Positions 56,110 to 64,000 of a stretch of 64,000 nt of DNA are shown here, one piece after another. Both the position numbers and the translations under genes were made by a program. The notes beneath the pieces are model-generated. The model did no database searches. It saw nothing but the letters and a program-made list of their open reading frames with translations, and was not told where the DNA came from. The DNA comes from Anaerolineae bacterium (GTDB taxonomy: Bacteria; Chloroflexota; Anaerolineae; Aggregatilineales; Phototrophicaceae): NCBI GenBank assembly GCA_034432435.1, contig DAOUBS010000004.1:3863-67862 (forward strand), in the 5' to 3' direction. The first letter of the stretch is position 1. Each line of letters begins with the position of its first letter.

Positions 56110-56871
56110 ATGGCGCTGGAAGGCAAAGTTGCGCTGGTTACTGGGGCTAGCTCAGGGATTGGGCAGGCGGCAGCGGTGGCGCTGGCGCAGATGGGCGCGC
56201 GGCTGGTGTTGGCAGACATCGACGGCGATGGCGGCGCGCGCACCGTCCACAAGGTGCACGAGGTAGGGGGCGAGGCGACCTACATCACCTGTGATGTGAC
56301 GCAGCCCCGCGAGGTAGACGCCGCGGTGCAGCGGGCGCTGAGCGCTTACGGCGGGCTGCATCACGCCGTCAACAGCGCAGGCATCAGCGGCGGCGGCATG
56401 CAGAAGCCCCTGCTCGAATGGGACGAGGACGAGTTTGATCGCATTATGACAGTCAACGTGCGCGGGGTGTGGCTGTGCATGAAGGCGCAGATCCCCGCCA
56501 TCCTCAACAGCGGCGGTGGCTCGATTGTCAACTTGGCGTCAGTCGCTGGGCTGATCGGCGCGCCCGGCGGGGCAGCCTACGCAGCCAGCAAGCACGCCGT
56601 CATCGGCCTGACGCGCACCGCTGCGCTGGAGTACGGTCGGTTGGGGGTGCGCGTCAATGCGCTGTGCCCCTCGTTCATCGACACGCCGATGGTCACTGCG
56701 ATCACCTCAAAAAGCGAAAAAATGGCCGAGCGCACGCGCCGCGCCAGCCCGCTGCACCGCCTCGGCACGGCGGAAGAGGTGGCCAGCGCCATCGCCTACC
56801 TGTGCAGCGACGGGGCAAGCTTCGTCAACGGGGTGGCGTTGGCTGTCGATGGCGGCCTCACAGCGATGTAG
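56110..56871 (+). CDS. SDR-family oxidoreductase (FabG-like)
   Basis: TGASSGIG cofactor loop, NSAG, and the YAASKHAV catalytic motif. Confidence 0.9.
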   Translation: MALEGKVALVTGASSGIGQAAAVALAQMGARLVLADIDGDGGARTVHKVHEVGGEATYITCDVTQPREVDAAVQRALSAYGGLHHAVNSAGISGGGMQKPLLEWDEDEFDRIMTVNVRGVWLCMKAQIPAILNSGGGSIVNLASVAGLIGAPGGAAYAASKHAVIGLTRTAALEYGRLGVRVNALCPSFIDTPMVTAITSKSEKMAERTRRASPLHRLGTAEEVASAIAYLCSDGASFVNGVALAVDGGLTAM

Positions 56872-56976
56872 GGCGCGCCTCACTCACAGGTGACAATGGG
56901 TACTTCATTTATTGTAAGATTTTTATTGTAGAATTTTAAACTTTTCAACTTCGGTTTTTTGTGTTAAACAACCCAC

Positions 56977-57723
56977 ATGACAAGCGATGACATCTTTCAA
57001 TCCTACACCCAAATGCGCAGCAGCGGCGTCGAAGCGAAAAACGTGCTCAAAACGCTGCGCGCCAGCATCGACGCGCTGCCGCGCGACGCGCGCGATGCGC
57101 TGGCGCTGCAACTGCGCCACTGGGAGCGCAACTACAGTCTGAACGCTGCGGCAGACGAGGGCGCAACCGTGCCCATCGACCACACGCCCGTCACCGTCAC
57201 CGCCACATGGATTGCTTGTCCATCGTGTGGCAAGAAAAACCGCCGCCAAGAGGTGTTTTGCTACAGCTGCGGCCACCTGCTCCAGCCGCCCAGCGGGCCG
57301 AGCGAGACCCGCCAATTTGCCGACGCCACCAGCCAACTGTTCACCGATGACTACTTCGGCGAGGATTCGGTGCTGGTGCTGCTCGTGCGCGACACGTCGC
57401 AGCGCTTTGAAATCCGCCCACAGCTTCGCTCTTACGAGATCGTGGTGGGGCGCAGCGCTGACGGTTCCTCAGCAATCCCGGATGTCGATTTGTCGTCCGC
57501 GCAGGCCTCAGAGATGGGCGTCTCACGCTTGCACCTAGGCATCCAGTACGACGCCAGCGCCAACACCCTTCAAGTGAAAGATCTAGGCAGCGCCAACGGT
57601 TCCTACCTCAACGGCCAACGGCTGCACCCGCGCGAGGTGCGCATCCTGCGCAATGGGGACGAGCTGCGGTTGTCGAAGCTGGTGTTGGGGGTGTACTTCC
57701 TGCACCCAGGCGAAGCGATCTGA
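56977..57723 (+). CDS. Zinc-ribbon plus FHA-domain protein
   Basis: CPSCGKKNRRQEVFCYSCGH zinc ribbon, then an FHA core (IVVGRS...VSRLHLGIQY...LQVKDLGSANGSYLNGQRL). Confidence 0.8.
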   Translation: MTSDDIFQSYTQMRSSGVEAKNVLKTLRASIDALPRDARDALALQLRHWERNYSLNAAADEGATVPIDHTPVTVTATWIACPSCGKKNRRQEVFCYSCGHLLQPPSGPSETRQFADATSQLFTDDYFGEDSVLVLLVRDTSQRFEIRPQLRSYEIVVGRSADGSSAIPDVDLSSAQASEMGVSRLHLGIQYDASANTLQVKDLGSANGSYLNGQRLHPREVRILRNGDELRLSKLVLGVYFLHPGEAI

Positions 57724-58295
57724 TGACCCGCCCGCCGTCTGCACTCAACCGCATTGTGAGCCTGCTGCGCGTGGGGCCGCGCGGGCTGGTGCTGCGCTTT
57801 GTCGATCAAGGGGGCCGCTTGTGGACAGGCCGCCCGCTGTGGCGCTACAGCCGCATCACCCCGCAGCTCTACGTTGGTGGGCAGCATCGCCCGCGCGGCT
57901 GGGGCGCGATGACCGCAGAGGGCATCAGCGCGGTCGTCAACATGCGTGAAGCCCACCTCGACGACGCCAAGAAGGGCATCCAAAGCGCCTGCTACCTGCA
58001 CCTTGCCACGCGCGACAACACCCCCCCCACGCTCGATGACCTGCTGCGCGGCGCACAGTTCATCGCCCAGCAGGTGGCCGCCGGCGGCAAGGTCTACATC
58101 CACTGCGGGGTAGGCGTGGGGCGTGCCCCCACCCAAGCCGCTGCCTACCTCATCTACAGCGGCCTGAGCACGGATGAAGCGCTCGCCCTCATTCGTCGTG
58201 CCCGCCCCTTCATCCACTTGACATCAGGCCAGCGCCGCCAGCTCGCCGAGTTTGAGGTGCGCTACCGTGGCCGGCTGCAAGCTGAAACAAGCTAG
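57723..58295 (+). CDS. Dual-specificity (Cys-based) protein phosphatase
   Basis: HCGVGVGRAP matches HCx5R. One-nt TGATG overlap with the FHA gene. Confidence 0.75.
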   Translation: MTRPPSALNRIVSLLRVGPRGLVLRFVDQGGRLWTGRPLWRYSRITPQLYVGGQHRPRGWGAMTAEGISAVVNMREAHLDDAKKGIQSACYLHLATRDNTPPTLDDLLRGAQFIAQQVAAGGKVYIHCGVGVGRAPTQAAAYLIYSGLSTDEALALIRRARPFIHLTSGQRRQLAEFEVRYRGRLQAETS

Positions 58296-58400
58296 ACCCC
58301 GCGCATATCATAGAATTCTTCTTGAAACTTAAGGCAGCTTGTGATGAACGTGCGATAATCAAGGTGTAGTGTCACTGTATCTGTAGAGGTAAGGATCGCT

Positions 58401-58856
58401 ATGTCGTGGCTGATGTACACAGTGGGCGGGATCCTTTTTGACCGTCCTGCGCAGAAGTACTCCAAAGATGCTCTCTTAGGGCGCTTGGAAACTCAGCAGA
58501 CCAAACTGCTTGAGAAGTTCCGCACCTGCCCCCAAACCCCGCGCAACGCCGCTGTATTCACCCACATCATCGGCATCGAGCGCTGGGCGCACACCCGCCT
58601 GCGGACACGGCTCGGCTCGCCGCTGCGGGCGGAGGAGGAGTACAACAACTACCGCCCGGCGAACACGACGCCTTTTTATGAGCTGCTGACGGCTTTTGAG
58701 GACGCGCGCAACGAGACAGTGGCCATCGCCCGTGCCATCCCTGCTAACGACTATCAGCAGCGCATCCCGCACAACCAATGGGGGCAGTTGACCGTGGCGG
58801 GCTGGCTGAACTACCTGATCGTTCACGCTGGGGCGGAAAGTCAAAAGGTGCGCTGA
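58401..58856 (+). CDS. DinB-like four-helix-bundle protein (tentative)
   Basis: Spaced His residues (HIIGIERWAH, HNQWG, VHAG) resemble the DinB/YfiT metal triad. The assignment is weak. Confidence 0.4.
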   Translation: MSWLMYTVGGILFDRPAQKYSKDALLGRLETQQTKLLEKFRTCPQTPRNAAVFTHIIGIERWAHTRLRTRLGSPLRAEEEYNNYRPANTTPFYELLTAFEDARNETVAIARAIPANDYQQRIPHNQWGQLTVAGWLNYLIVHAGAESQKVR

Positions 58857-59404
58857 TGCGCTTGCTAGAGCAGACCCCCACGCGGCTGACGCTGGGGCAG
58901 AATCGGCCTGTGCTGGCAGCGTCCATGCTAGCGATGTTGGCGCTGTCCGTGCTGATGCTGGCGAACCTGCTCGTGCAGACGGCCCAGCGCGCCGACGTGT
59001 TCACCGGCGCGCAGTGGGTGGGGCTGGTCCTCTGGGCGGGCTTGGCGCTGGGGTTGATCGCCTTCAGTGTCTGGACGCTCAACGTCGGGCTGCGCGGCAC
59101 ACGTCTCACCTTCGACCGTGACGCGCAAACGGTGACGCTGCGCCGCCCGTTCCGCTTGGGGCTGCGTGAGCAGCGCTTTGCCATCTACGCCGTCAGCGGC
59201 CTTGAACTCGCCCACAATACAGAGTTCAAGGTCTACGCGCTGGTGCTGCTCTTGCGCAGCGGCGAACGGCTGCCGCTCGTCACCGTTAGCCCTTACGCTG
59301 AAGCCGACGTGCGCCGCCTCGTGAAGCTGGTGCGCGAGTTTCTCAACCAACCTTACCGCCCCGTTCATGAAAAGATGCCTAGCGAGGAAGGCCAGCCGTT
59401 GTAA
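58856..59404 (+). CDS. Hypothetical membrane protein
   Basis: The ATG overlaps the upstream stop (TGATG). Two hydrophobic helices followed by a soluble tail. Confidence 0.45.
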   Translation: MRLLEQTPTRLTLGQNRPVLAASMLAMLALSVLMLANLLVQTAQRADVFTGAQWVGLVLWAGLALGLIAFSVWTLNVGLRGTRLTFDRDAQTVTLRRPFRLGLREQRFAIYAVSGLELAHNTEFKVYALVLLLRSGERLPLVTVSPYAEADVRRLVKLVREFLNQPYRPVHEKMPSEEGQPL

Positions 59405-59457
59405 AATCGGCTACAATGAGTGTGCCAGTCGCCCACAATCTGCCCACGGAGGAGAGC

Positions 59458-62274
59458 ATGCGTCGCCTGATTTCATCGCTCAGTTCATTTGCAATCGCTG
59501 TTTGCTTGGTGCTGGTGGCGGCGCTGCCTGCTGCGGCGCAAGGGATCGTCGTCCGCATCGACCCGCCTGTGATCGCGCGCGGCGGCGGCTTCGTGCTGAC
59601 GGCCACCGGCCTGACCCCGAACGAGCGCTACACCTTCGATTTCATCTTTGTGGCCACTGAGCAGGTCGTGTTTACGACCGATCGCGTAGCTGACCCACTC
59701 GGCACTATCTCACTCTCGATCCGCAGCGACGACACCGACGAATTGGGCGAGTACCGCGTGGACATCTCGCTGAATCGCGTGGTGGTGGCCGAGGCGAGCT
59801 TCACGCTCGTCGGGGCGGATGCGCCCGCTACCCCCAGCCCTGGGCCACAGGCGACGCCACAAGCGCCGTCTAGCGACTCCACGGTAAGGCTGACTGTGCG
59901 CCCGGCGGAAGGGCGCGTGCGGCAAGATTTCCAGATCATCGCCACCGGCTTGCAGCCGCGCGCCCCACACTTTATCACCGTGCGCGAGGCCGCCACGAAC
60001 GCCATCGTCTACGACCGTGAGCGCATCTCAGACGCCAACGGCGAAATCCGTGTGACGCTCTTCACCACCGCCGACAACCCGCCCGGCGAGTACATCGTCC
60101 AAATCAGCGACACATTCAGCAACGTCCTCGCCAGCACGTCGCTGCAACTGTTGGCCGTGGGCGGGCGCGATGCTGTCCTGACGATCACCCGCCGACCCTC
60201 TGACATCCCGACCTTCGACATCGTCATCACCAACGCCGCCCAGTTTAGTGACATCACGATCAACATCCTCGACCCCGACACGCGCAGCAGCATCTTCCAG
60301 CGCATCGTGCGCACCAACGTGGACGGAACTGCCCGCACTGAGTTCACCTTGCCGGCAGACCTGCCGTTGAAGCCGTTTGACGTGGTGCTGACGGATATTG
60401 ATGGCGAGATCACGCGCGGCACGATCCCGACTGGCCCAGCCCCCAGCCCGTTTGAACTGAGTATCTCTGCCCGCCCAGCCAGCGGCATCGTCGGCCAAGT
60501 CTTCAACATCTCGGCCAATGGGCTGCCGCTGGCGGAACGCGCGACTATTCGCGTCCTGCGCGATGGCGAAACTATCGCCACTTATCACCCGCCCATCAAC
60601 CGCAGCGGCAGCGCCACCGTGACCATCCCCAGCGCTGACCTCGCGCCGGGCGTCTATGGCGTTGAAGTCGAGGTTGAGGGGGAGACGCTGCTCGAGACGA
60701 CGTTTGAAGTCCGCTCTGCGGTTGTGCCGCCCAGCATCACGATTGACCCACCTATCGGCCCAGTCGGCACGACCCACACCATCACTGTTGACAGCTTGCC
60801 GCCCGACGAGGTGGCAACGATTGAAGTGCTCTTCGATGGGCGGCCTGTGCTGACGACCAGCCGCCGCGCCGACCGCGAGGGCCGCGTGACGCTTGCGCTG
60901 ACAAGCGAGCCGCGCGATGAGGCCGGCGAATACACCGTCCGCGTGATCGTCGGCGATGTAGAGGCCAGCGGAACGTTCACCGTGCTGGCTGCTGACGAAG
61001 AGCTGCCGCCGCTCGTCAGCAGCGACGTTCGCATCACGATTACGCCACCCAGCGGCCCCGAGGGCACGAGCCACCTCGTGGAGGCCACCGGCCTGCCGGC
61101 GGACACCCCGCTGACCGTGCAAGTGACCTTCAACCGCGAGGTGGTGTTCAGCGCCGAACGCACCAGCGACGCCGACGGGAACTTCAGCATTCGCCTTATC
61201 ACCGAGCCGGGCGACCCCGCCGGCGTCTACAGCGTTGAGATCATCATCGGCGGGGAGGTCGTTGCCAGCGCCCCGCTCACGCTCACCCGCGCGACAGTGC
61301 TGCCGTTTGCGCCGTTGGGGCCAGAAGGCGCGCAGCTCCTTCCGCCCAACGAGCGCGAAAAGACCTCGTTTGAAGGTGAGTTGACCACAGAAGCGCCCAG
61401 CGAGTCCTTCGAGCTGGTCGGCCGTGCGGGTGATACGGTGGTGATTTCAGTGCAGTCGAGCGATTTCGACACCTACTTGATCTTGCGCGATTCGTCTGGG
61501 ACGGAAATCCGCGCCAACGACGACTTCGACGGCCTCAACAGCCGTATCGTCGCTGTGCTGCCCACAGATGACACCTTCAGCGTTGAAGTGACCAGCTTTG
61601 GTCAATTCTCGTCGGGCAGCGCTGGAACGGGCCGCTTCGTGCTCACCATCGAGCGCATCGTCCCGCTGCCGATCCAACCTAGCGCGCCCGTGCAGGTTGA
61701 CTTCAGCCTTGCCGACGCGTATTACTTCACGGTCGAGCTGACGACCGAGGCGCGCTACACGCTGCGCGGCTACGGCGGCGACACGGACACGGACGTGGAG
61801 GTGTTCGCCCCGCTGGGTGACAGCCTTCTTTACGACGACGACAGCGGCTTTGGCCTTGACCCTGAGGTGTTGAACTTCCGCCCGTTTGAGAACGGAGCAT
61901 ATCTGATCGTGTTCGGGCGCGTGGAAGCCGAACTAGGCGGGCTGGCCGTGTTTGAGATCGTTGAAGCCGCCTTCCCTGCGTTGGAGGCTGGCCCGGCTAC
62001 CCTGCGGCTGACCTCTAAGCTGAACACGGACGGCGCAACCTTTGAGGGCGTGGCCAACACGATCCAGAACATTCGCTTGGACTTCGTAGGCGGCAGTGCA
62101 ACGAGTGTCACCGTCGAGGCGATCCAGAACGGCAGCACGCTCATGTCCTTCAGCAGCAACTTCGCCGTGCTGCCGACGTTGACGCTGCCGGTGGCCGTCC
62201 CAGCGGATGGGCGCGTGACTGTGTTCGTCAGCACGTTCAGCGGCACGAGCACCTATACCTTGCAGCTAGAGTAA
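59458..62274 (+). CDS. Secreted multi-domain protein: six ~95-aa Ig-like modules plus three PPC (pre-peptidase C-terminal)-like domains
   Basis: Signal peptide MRRLISSLSSFAIAVCLVLVAALPAAAQG. Six modules share the pattern xTIxPPxGxxGxxxxxxAxGLxPxxxxxxxV...DxxGxxxxxLxxxxxxxxGxYxVxV. The C-terminal regions carry DFDTYLILRD...NDD-type PPC signatures. Confidence 0.65.
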   Translation: MRRLISSLSSFAIAVCLVLVAALPAAAQGIVVRIDPPVIARGGGFVLTATGLTPNERYTFDFIFVATEQVVFTTDRVADPLGTISLSIRSDDTDELGEYRVDISLNRVVVAEASFTLVGADAPATPSPGPQATPQAPSSDSTVRLTVRPAEGRVRQDFQIIATGLQPRAPHFITVREAATNAIVYDRERISDANGEIRVTLFTTADNPPGEYIVQISDTFSNVLASTSLQLLAVGGRDAVLTITRRPSDIPTFDIVITNAAQFSDITINILDPDTRSSIFQRIVRTNVDGTARTEFTLPADLPLKPFDVVLTDIDGEITRGTIPTGPAPSPFELSISARPASGIVGQVFNISANGLPLAERATIRVLRDGETIATYHPPINRSGSATVTIPSADLAPGVYGVEVEVEGETLLETTFEVRSAVVPPSITIDPPIGPVGTTHTITVDSLPPDEVATIEVLFDGRPVLTTSRRADREGRVTLALTSEPRDEAGEYTVRVIVGDVEASGTFTVLAADEELPPLVSSDVRITITPPSGPEGTSHLVEATGLPADTPLTVQVTFNREVVFSAERTSDADGNFSIRLITEPGDPAGVYSVEIIIGGEVVASAPLTLTRATVLPFAPLGPEGAQLLPPNEREKTSFEGELTTEAPSESFELVGRAGDTVVISVQSSDFDTYLILRDSSGTEIRANDDFDGLNSRIVAVLPTDDTFSVEVTSFGQFSSGSAGTGRFVLTIERIVPLPIQPSAPVQVDFSLADAYYFTVELTTEARYTLRGYGGDTDTDVEVFAPLGDSLLYDDDSGFGLDPEVLNFRPFENGAYLIVFGRVEAELGGLAVFEIVEAAFPALEAGPATLRLTSKLNTDGATFEGVANTIQNIRLDFVGGSATSVTVEAIQNGSTLMSFSSNFAVLPTLTLPVAVPADGRVTVFVSTFSGTSTYTLQLE

Positions 62275-62341
62275 TCATTCATCACGGCCTCGCCCCGTTC
62301 GCGGGGTGAGGCCTGCCCCACCACAATAGGCAGTTTTCAAC

Positions 62342-63103
62342 ATGACAGCGCCGCTTCAAGACCCGCTCTACCAATCTACCCGCCGCGCGTGGGAGACGAT
62401 CTGGCAGCAAGCCGATGTGGCCGCCGAGGTGGCCACGATGCAGTACCCGCGCGCAGTTGACACCTTCAACGCCTATCTACCCTATCTGCCAAAGGACGGA
62501 TGGATCCTTGAGGCGGGCAGCGGGCAGGGGGCAGTGCTGGTGGCGCTGCAAGCGCGCGGCTACCGCGTGATCGGGCTAGATTACGCCTTCAACGCGCTGG
62601 CCGCCAGCCAAGCCTATGAGCCGACGCTCTGCTTACAAAACGGCGACGTGCACGCCCTGCCCTACGCAGACGACAGCCTTGGCGCGTACCTCTCGTTCGG
62701 CGTGTTGGAGCACTTCCCGCATGGGATGCGCCCTGCGCTAGCCGAGGCCTACCGTGTGCTGCGGCGCGGCGGTGTGCTCGTCATGACGATCCCCTATCCA
62801 AACCTCATCTGGAAGCTGGCGCAGCAGCGCCGCGCCGCCCGTGGCCGCCAGCGCATCGACGAGGACTTTTACGAGACCACCTACACCCGCGAGGAACTTA
62901 TCGCCGCGTGCACGGATGTCGGCTTTGATGTGGTGCAGGTGCGCCCCACCAGCCACTCGTTCACGCTGTGGGGGGCGCACCCCATCTTCCGCGCCCCGGG
63001 CTACTACCGCACGTCGGCGCTGGCGGAATGGGGTGGGCGCGCCCTGCGCTGGCTTGCGCCGTGGCCGTTCAACTACATGACGCTCATCATCGCCCGCAAG
63101 TAG
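62342..63103 (+). CDS. Class I SAM-dependent methyltransferase
   Basis: ILEAGSGQGAV (motif I), a later GLDY segment, and GGVLVMT (Methyltransf_11-like). Confidence 0.8.
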   Translation: MTAPLQDPLYQSTRRAWETIWQQADVAAEVATMQYPRAVDTFNAYLPYLPKDGWILEAGSGQGAVLVALQARGYRVIGLDYAFNALAASQAYEPTLCLQNGDVHALPYADDSLGAYLSFGVLEHFPHGMRPALAEAYRVLRRGGVLVMTIPYPNLIWKLAQQRRAARGRQRIDEDFYETTYTREELIAACTDVGFDVVQVRPTSHSFTLWGAHPIFRAPGYYRTSALAEWGGRALRWLAPWPFNYMTLIIARK

Positions 63104-63206
63104 GGGCGCGCCCGTGCGCTAGCCCGTGGCTTCGTCCAGTCATCTATTACGCCGCATCTAATTTTCAAACTGCCTCAGCGCTTGGCGACCTGAGCCACGC
63201 CCAGCC

Positions 63207-64000
63207 TTAATCCACCGGGGGTAAAATCGGGCGCGAGAGGCTTGAGGCTCTGTAGGGCATGAAGGTCTGTCGGTTGTGTGCCAGCGCTTGCGGCGGAATG
63301 GCGCTGAGAGCGCTGCGCAGCGGCAGACGAAAGCCAAAGGTGCTGCCCTCACCGTGCACGCTCTTGAAGATGATCGTGCCTTGATGCCGCTCAACAATGC
63401 TCTTGACGAGGTGCAGCCCCAGTCCTGTGCCTTCGATGTGAGACACCTCAGGCGTGCGCACCCGTGAAAATGGGCGGAACAGTTGGTCTTGCATCGCCTC
63501 AGGGACGCCGTAGCCGCTGTCGGTCACCTCGTAGATCAAATGTGTGCCGTTGTTGCGCAGGCTGACTGTCAGCGTGCCGCCGTCTGGCGTGTACTTGATG
63601 GCGTTCTCGATCAAATTAGCGATGGCCTCGGCAATTTGTGCAGTATGCCCGACCACATCATAGCGGTGGGCGTCAGGGTCGATCTCCAACTGCAAGTGAT
63701 GCCCCCGTTCTTGCACTTGATCGCGGTATTGCGCCAGCATGTCGCCCAGCAGCCGCTGGAAGTTGAACCGCTCGACGACACCGCTCGTCATCTGCTGCTC
63801 GATGCGCTCTAGCGACAGGATGTCTTTCAAGATCTGGTTTGCGCGCGCGACAGCTTGCTGAATGGCGTGGACGCGTTTAACCTGTTCTGGGCTGAGGGTC
63901 GTGCCGTCGCGCAAGATCATCTCCGCATAGCCCATCGTGACGCTAATCGGCTGGCGTAGGTCGTGCGCGGCCATGCGGATGATCTCGGTCTTGTACTGCT
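63207..64000 (-). CDS. Sensor histidine kinase, C-terminal part (5' end lies beyond the window)
   Basis: H-box MAAHDLRQPISV, NLIENAIKYT, DSGYGV, GTGLGLHLVKSIV. The reading frame stays open to position 64000. Confidence 0.8.
   Translation of the reverse strand, partial: QYKTEIIRMAAHDLRQPISVTMGYAEMILRDGTTLSPEQVKRVHAIQQAVARANQILKDILSLERIEQQMTSGVVERFNFQRLLGDMLAQYRDQVQERGHHLQLEIDPDAHRYDVVGHTAQIAEAIANLIENAIKYTPDGGTLTVSLRNNGTHLIYEVTDSGYGVPEAMQDQLFRPFSRVRTPEVSHIEGTGLGLHLVKSIVERHQGTIIFKSVHGEGSTFGFRLPLRSALSAIPPQALAHNRQTFMPYRASSLSRPILPPVD

Noticed and set aside
1-64000. tRNA, rRNA, tmRNA, CRISPR arrays, transposases, integrases and prophage genes.
   Set aside because: I scanned all intergenic regions larger than 50 bp and the ORF translations. 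I found no T-loop (GGTTCGAATCC-like) signature, no repeat-spacer arrays, and no DDE, tyrosine or serine recombinase motifs.

Overview
GC-rich bacterial chromosomal segment (by eye about 60-65% GC, with a few short AT-rich intergenic islets). I call about 60 protein-coding genes. I found no rRNA, tRNA, CRISPR array, transposase or integrase. The hairpin repeat families, which give GEACLAPT / GTACRAPT-type shadow peptides, and the many TPR/WD40/HEAT proteins suggest a Chloroflexota-like organism; this is inference only.

Most of the window is housekeeping or envelope/signalling content:
- two peptide-type ABC importer operons, both without ATPase genes
- sucCD, clpC, sufSU, xpt and cspA
- a class A PBP and a P-type ATPase
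- several histidine kinases and stand-alone receiver proteins

The most interesting item is at the extreme left edge (135..2743). It is a tightly coupled E2-like / JAB-like / E1-like operon, the architecture of prokaryotic ubiquitin-like conjugation systems such as the BilABCD anti-phage system. Its JAB protein has a variant metal motif and an extra C-terminal domain that looks like a cysteine-less E2 (UEV/RWD-like). The expected Ubl gene is not in the window and should lie upstream of position 1.

Secondary observations:
- a probable Zur-type zinc-starvation cluster (Fur-family regulator, COG0523 GTPase, Cys-free L28, His-tailed hypothetical)
- a LexA DNA-binding-domain-only protein with a Cheo-box-like site in its promoter
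- a self-contained transcription unit for a small Arg/Pro-rich protein
- an AT-rich leader with a perfect consensus promoter and an anti-SD stem
- three families of dispersed palindromic repeats
- an in-frame TGA in an ABC permease and a frameshift in a HEAT-repeat gene
- three tandem TPR paralogues
- a TSP3-repeat protein translationally coupled to PBP1A

All functional calls come from reading the translated ORFs for motifs. No database search was run.
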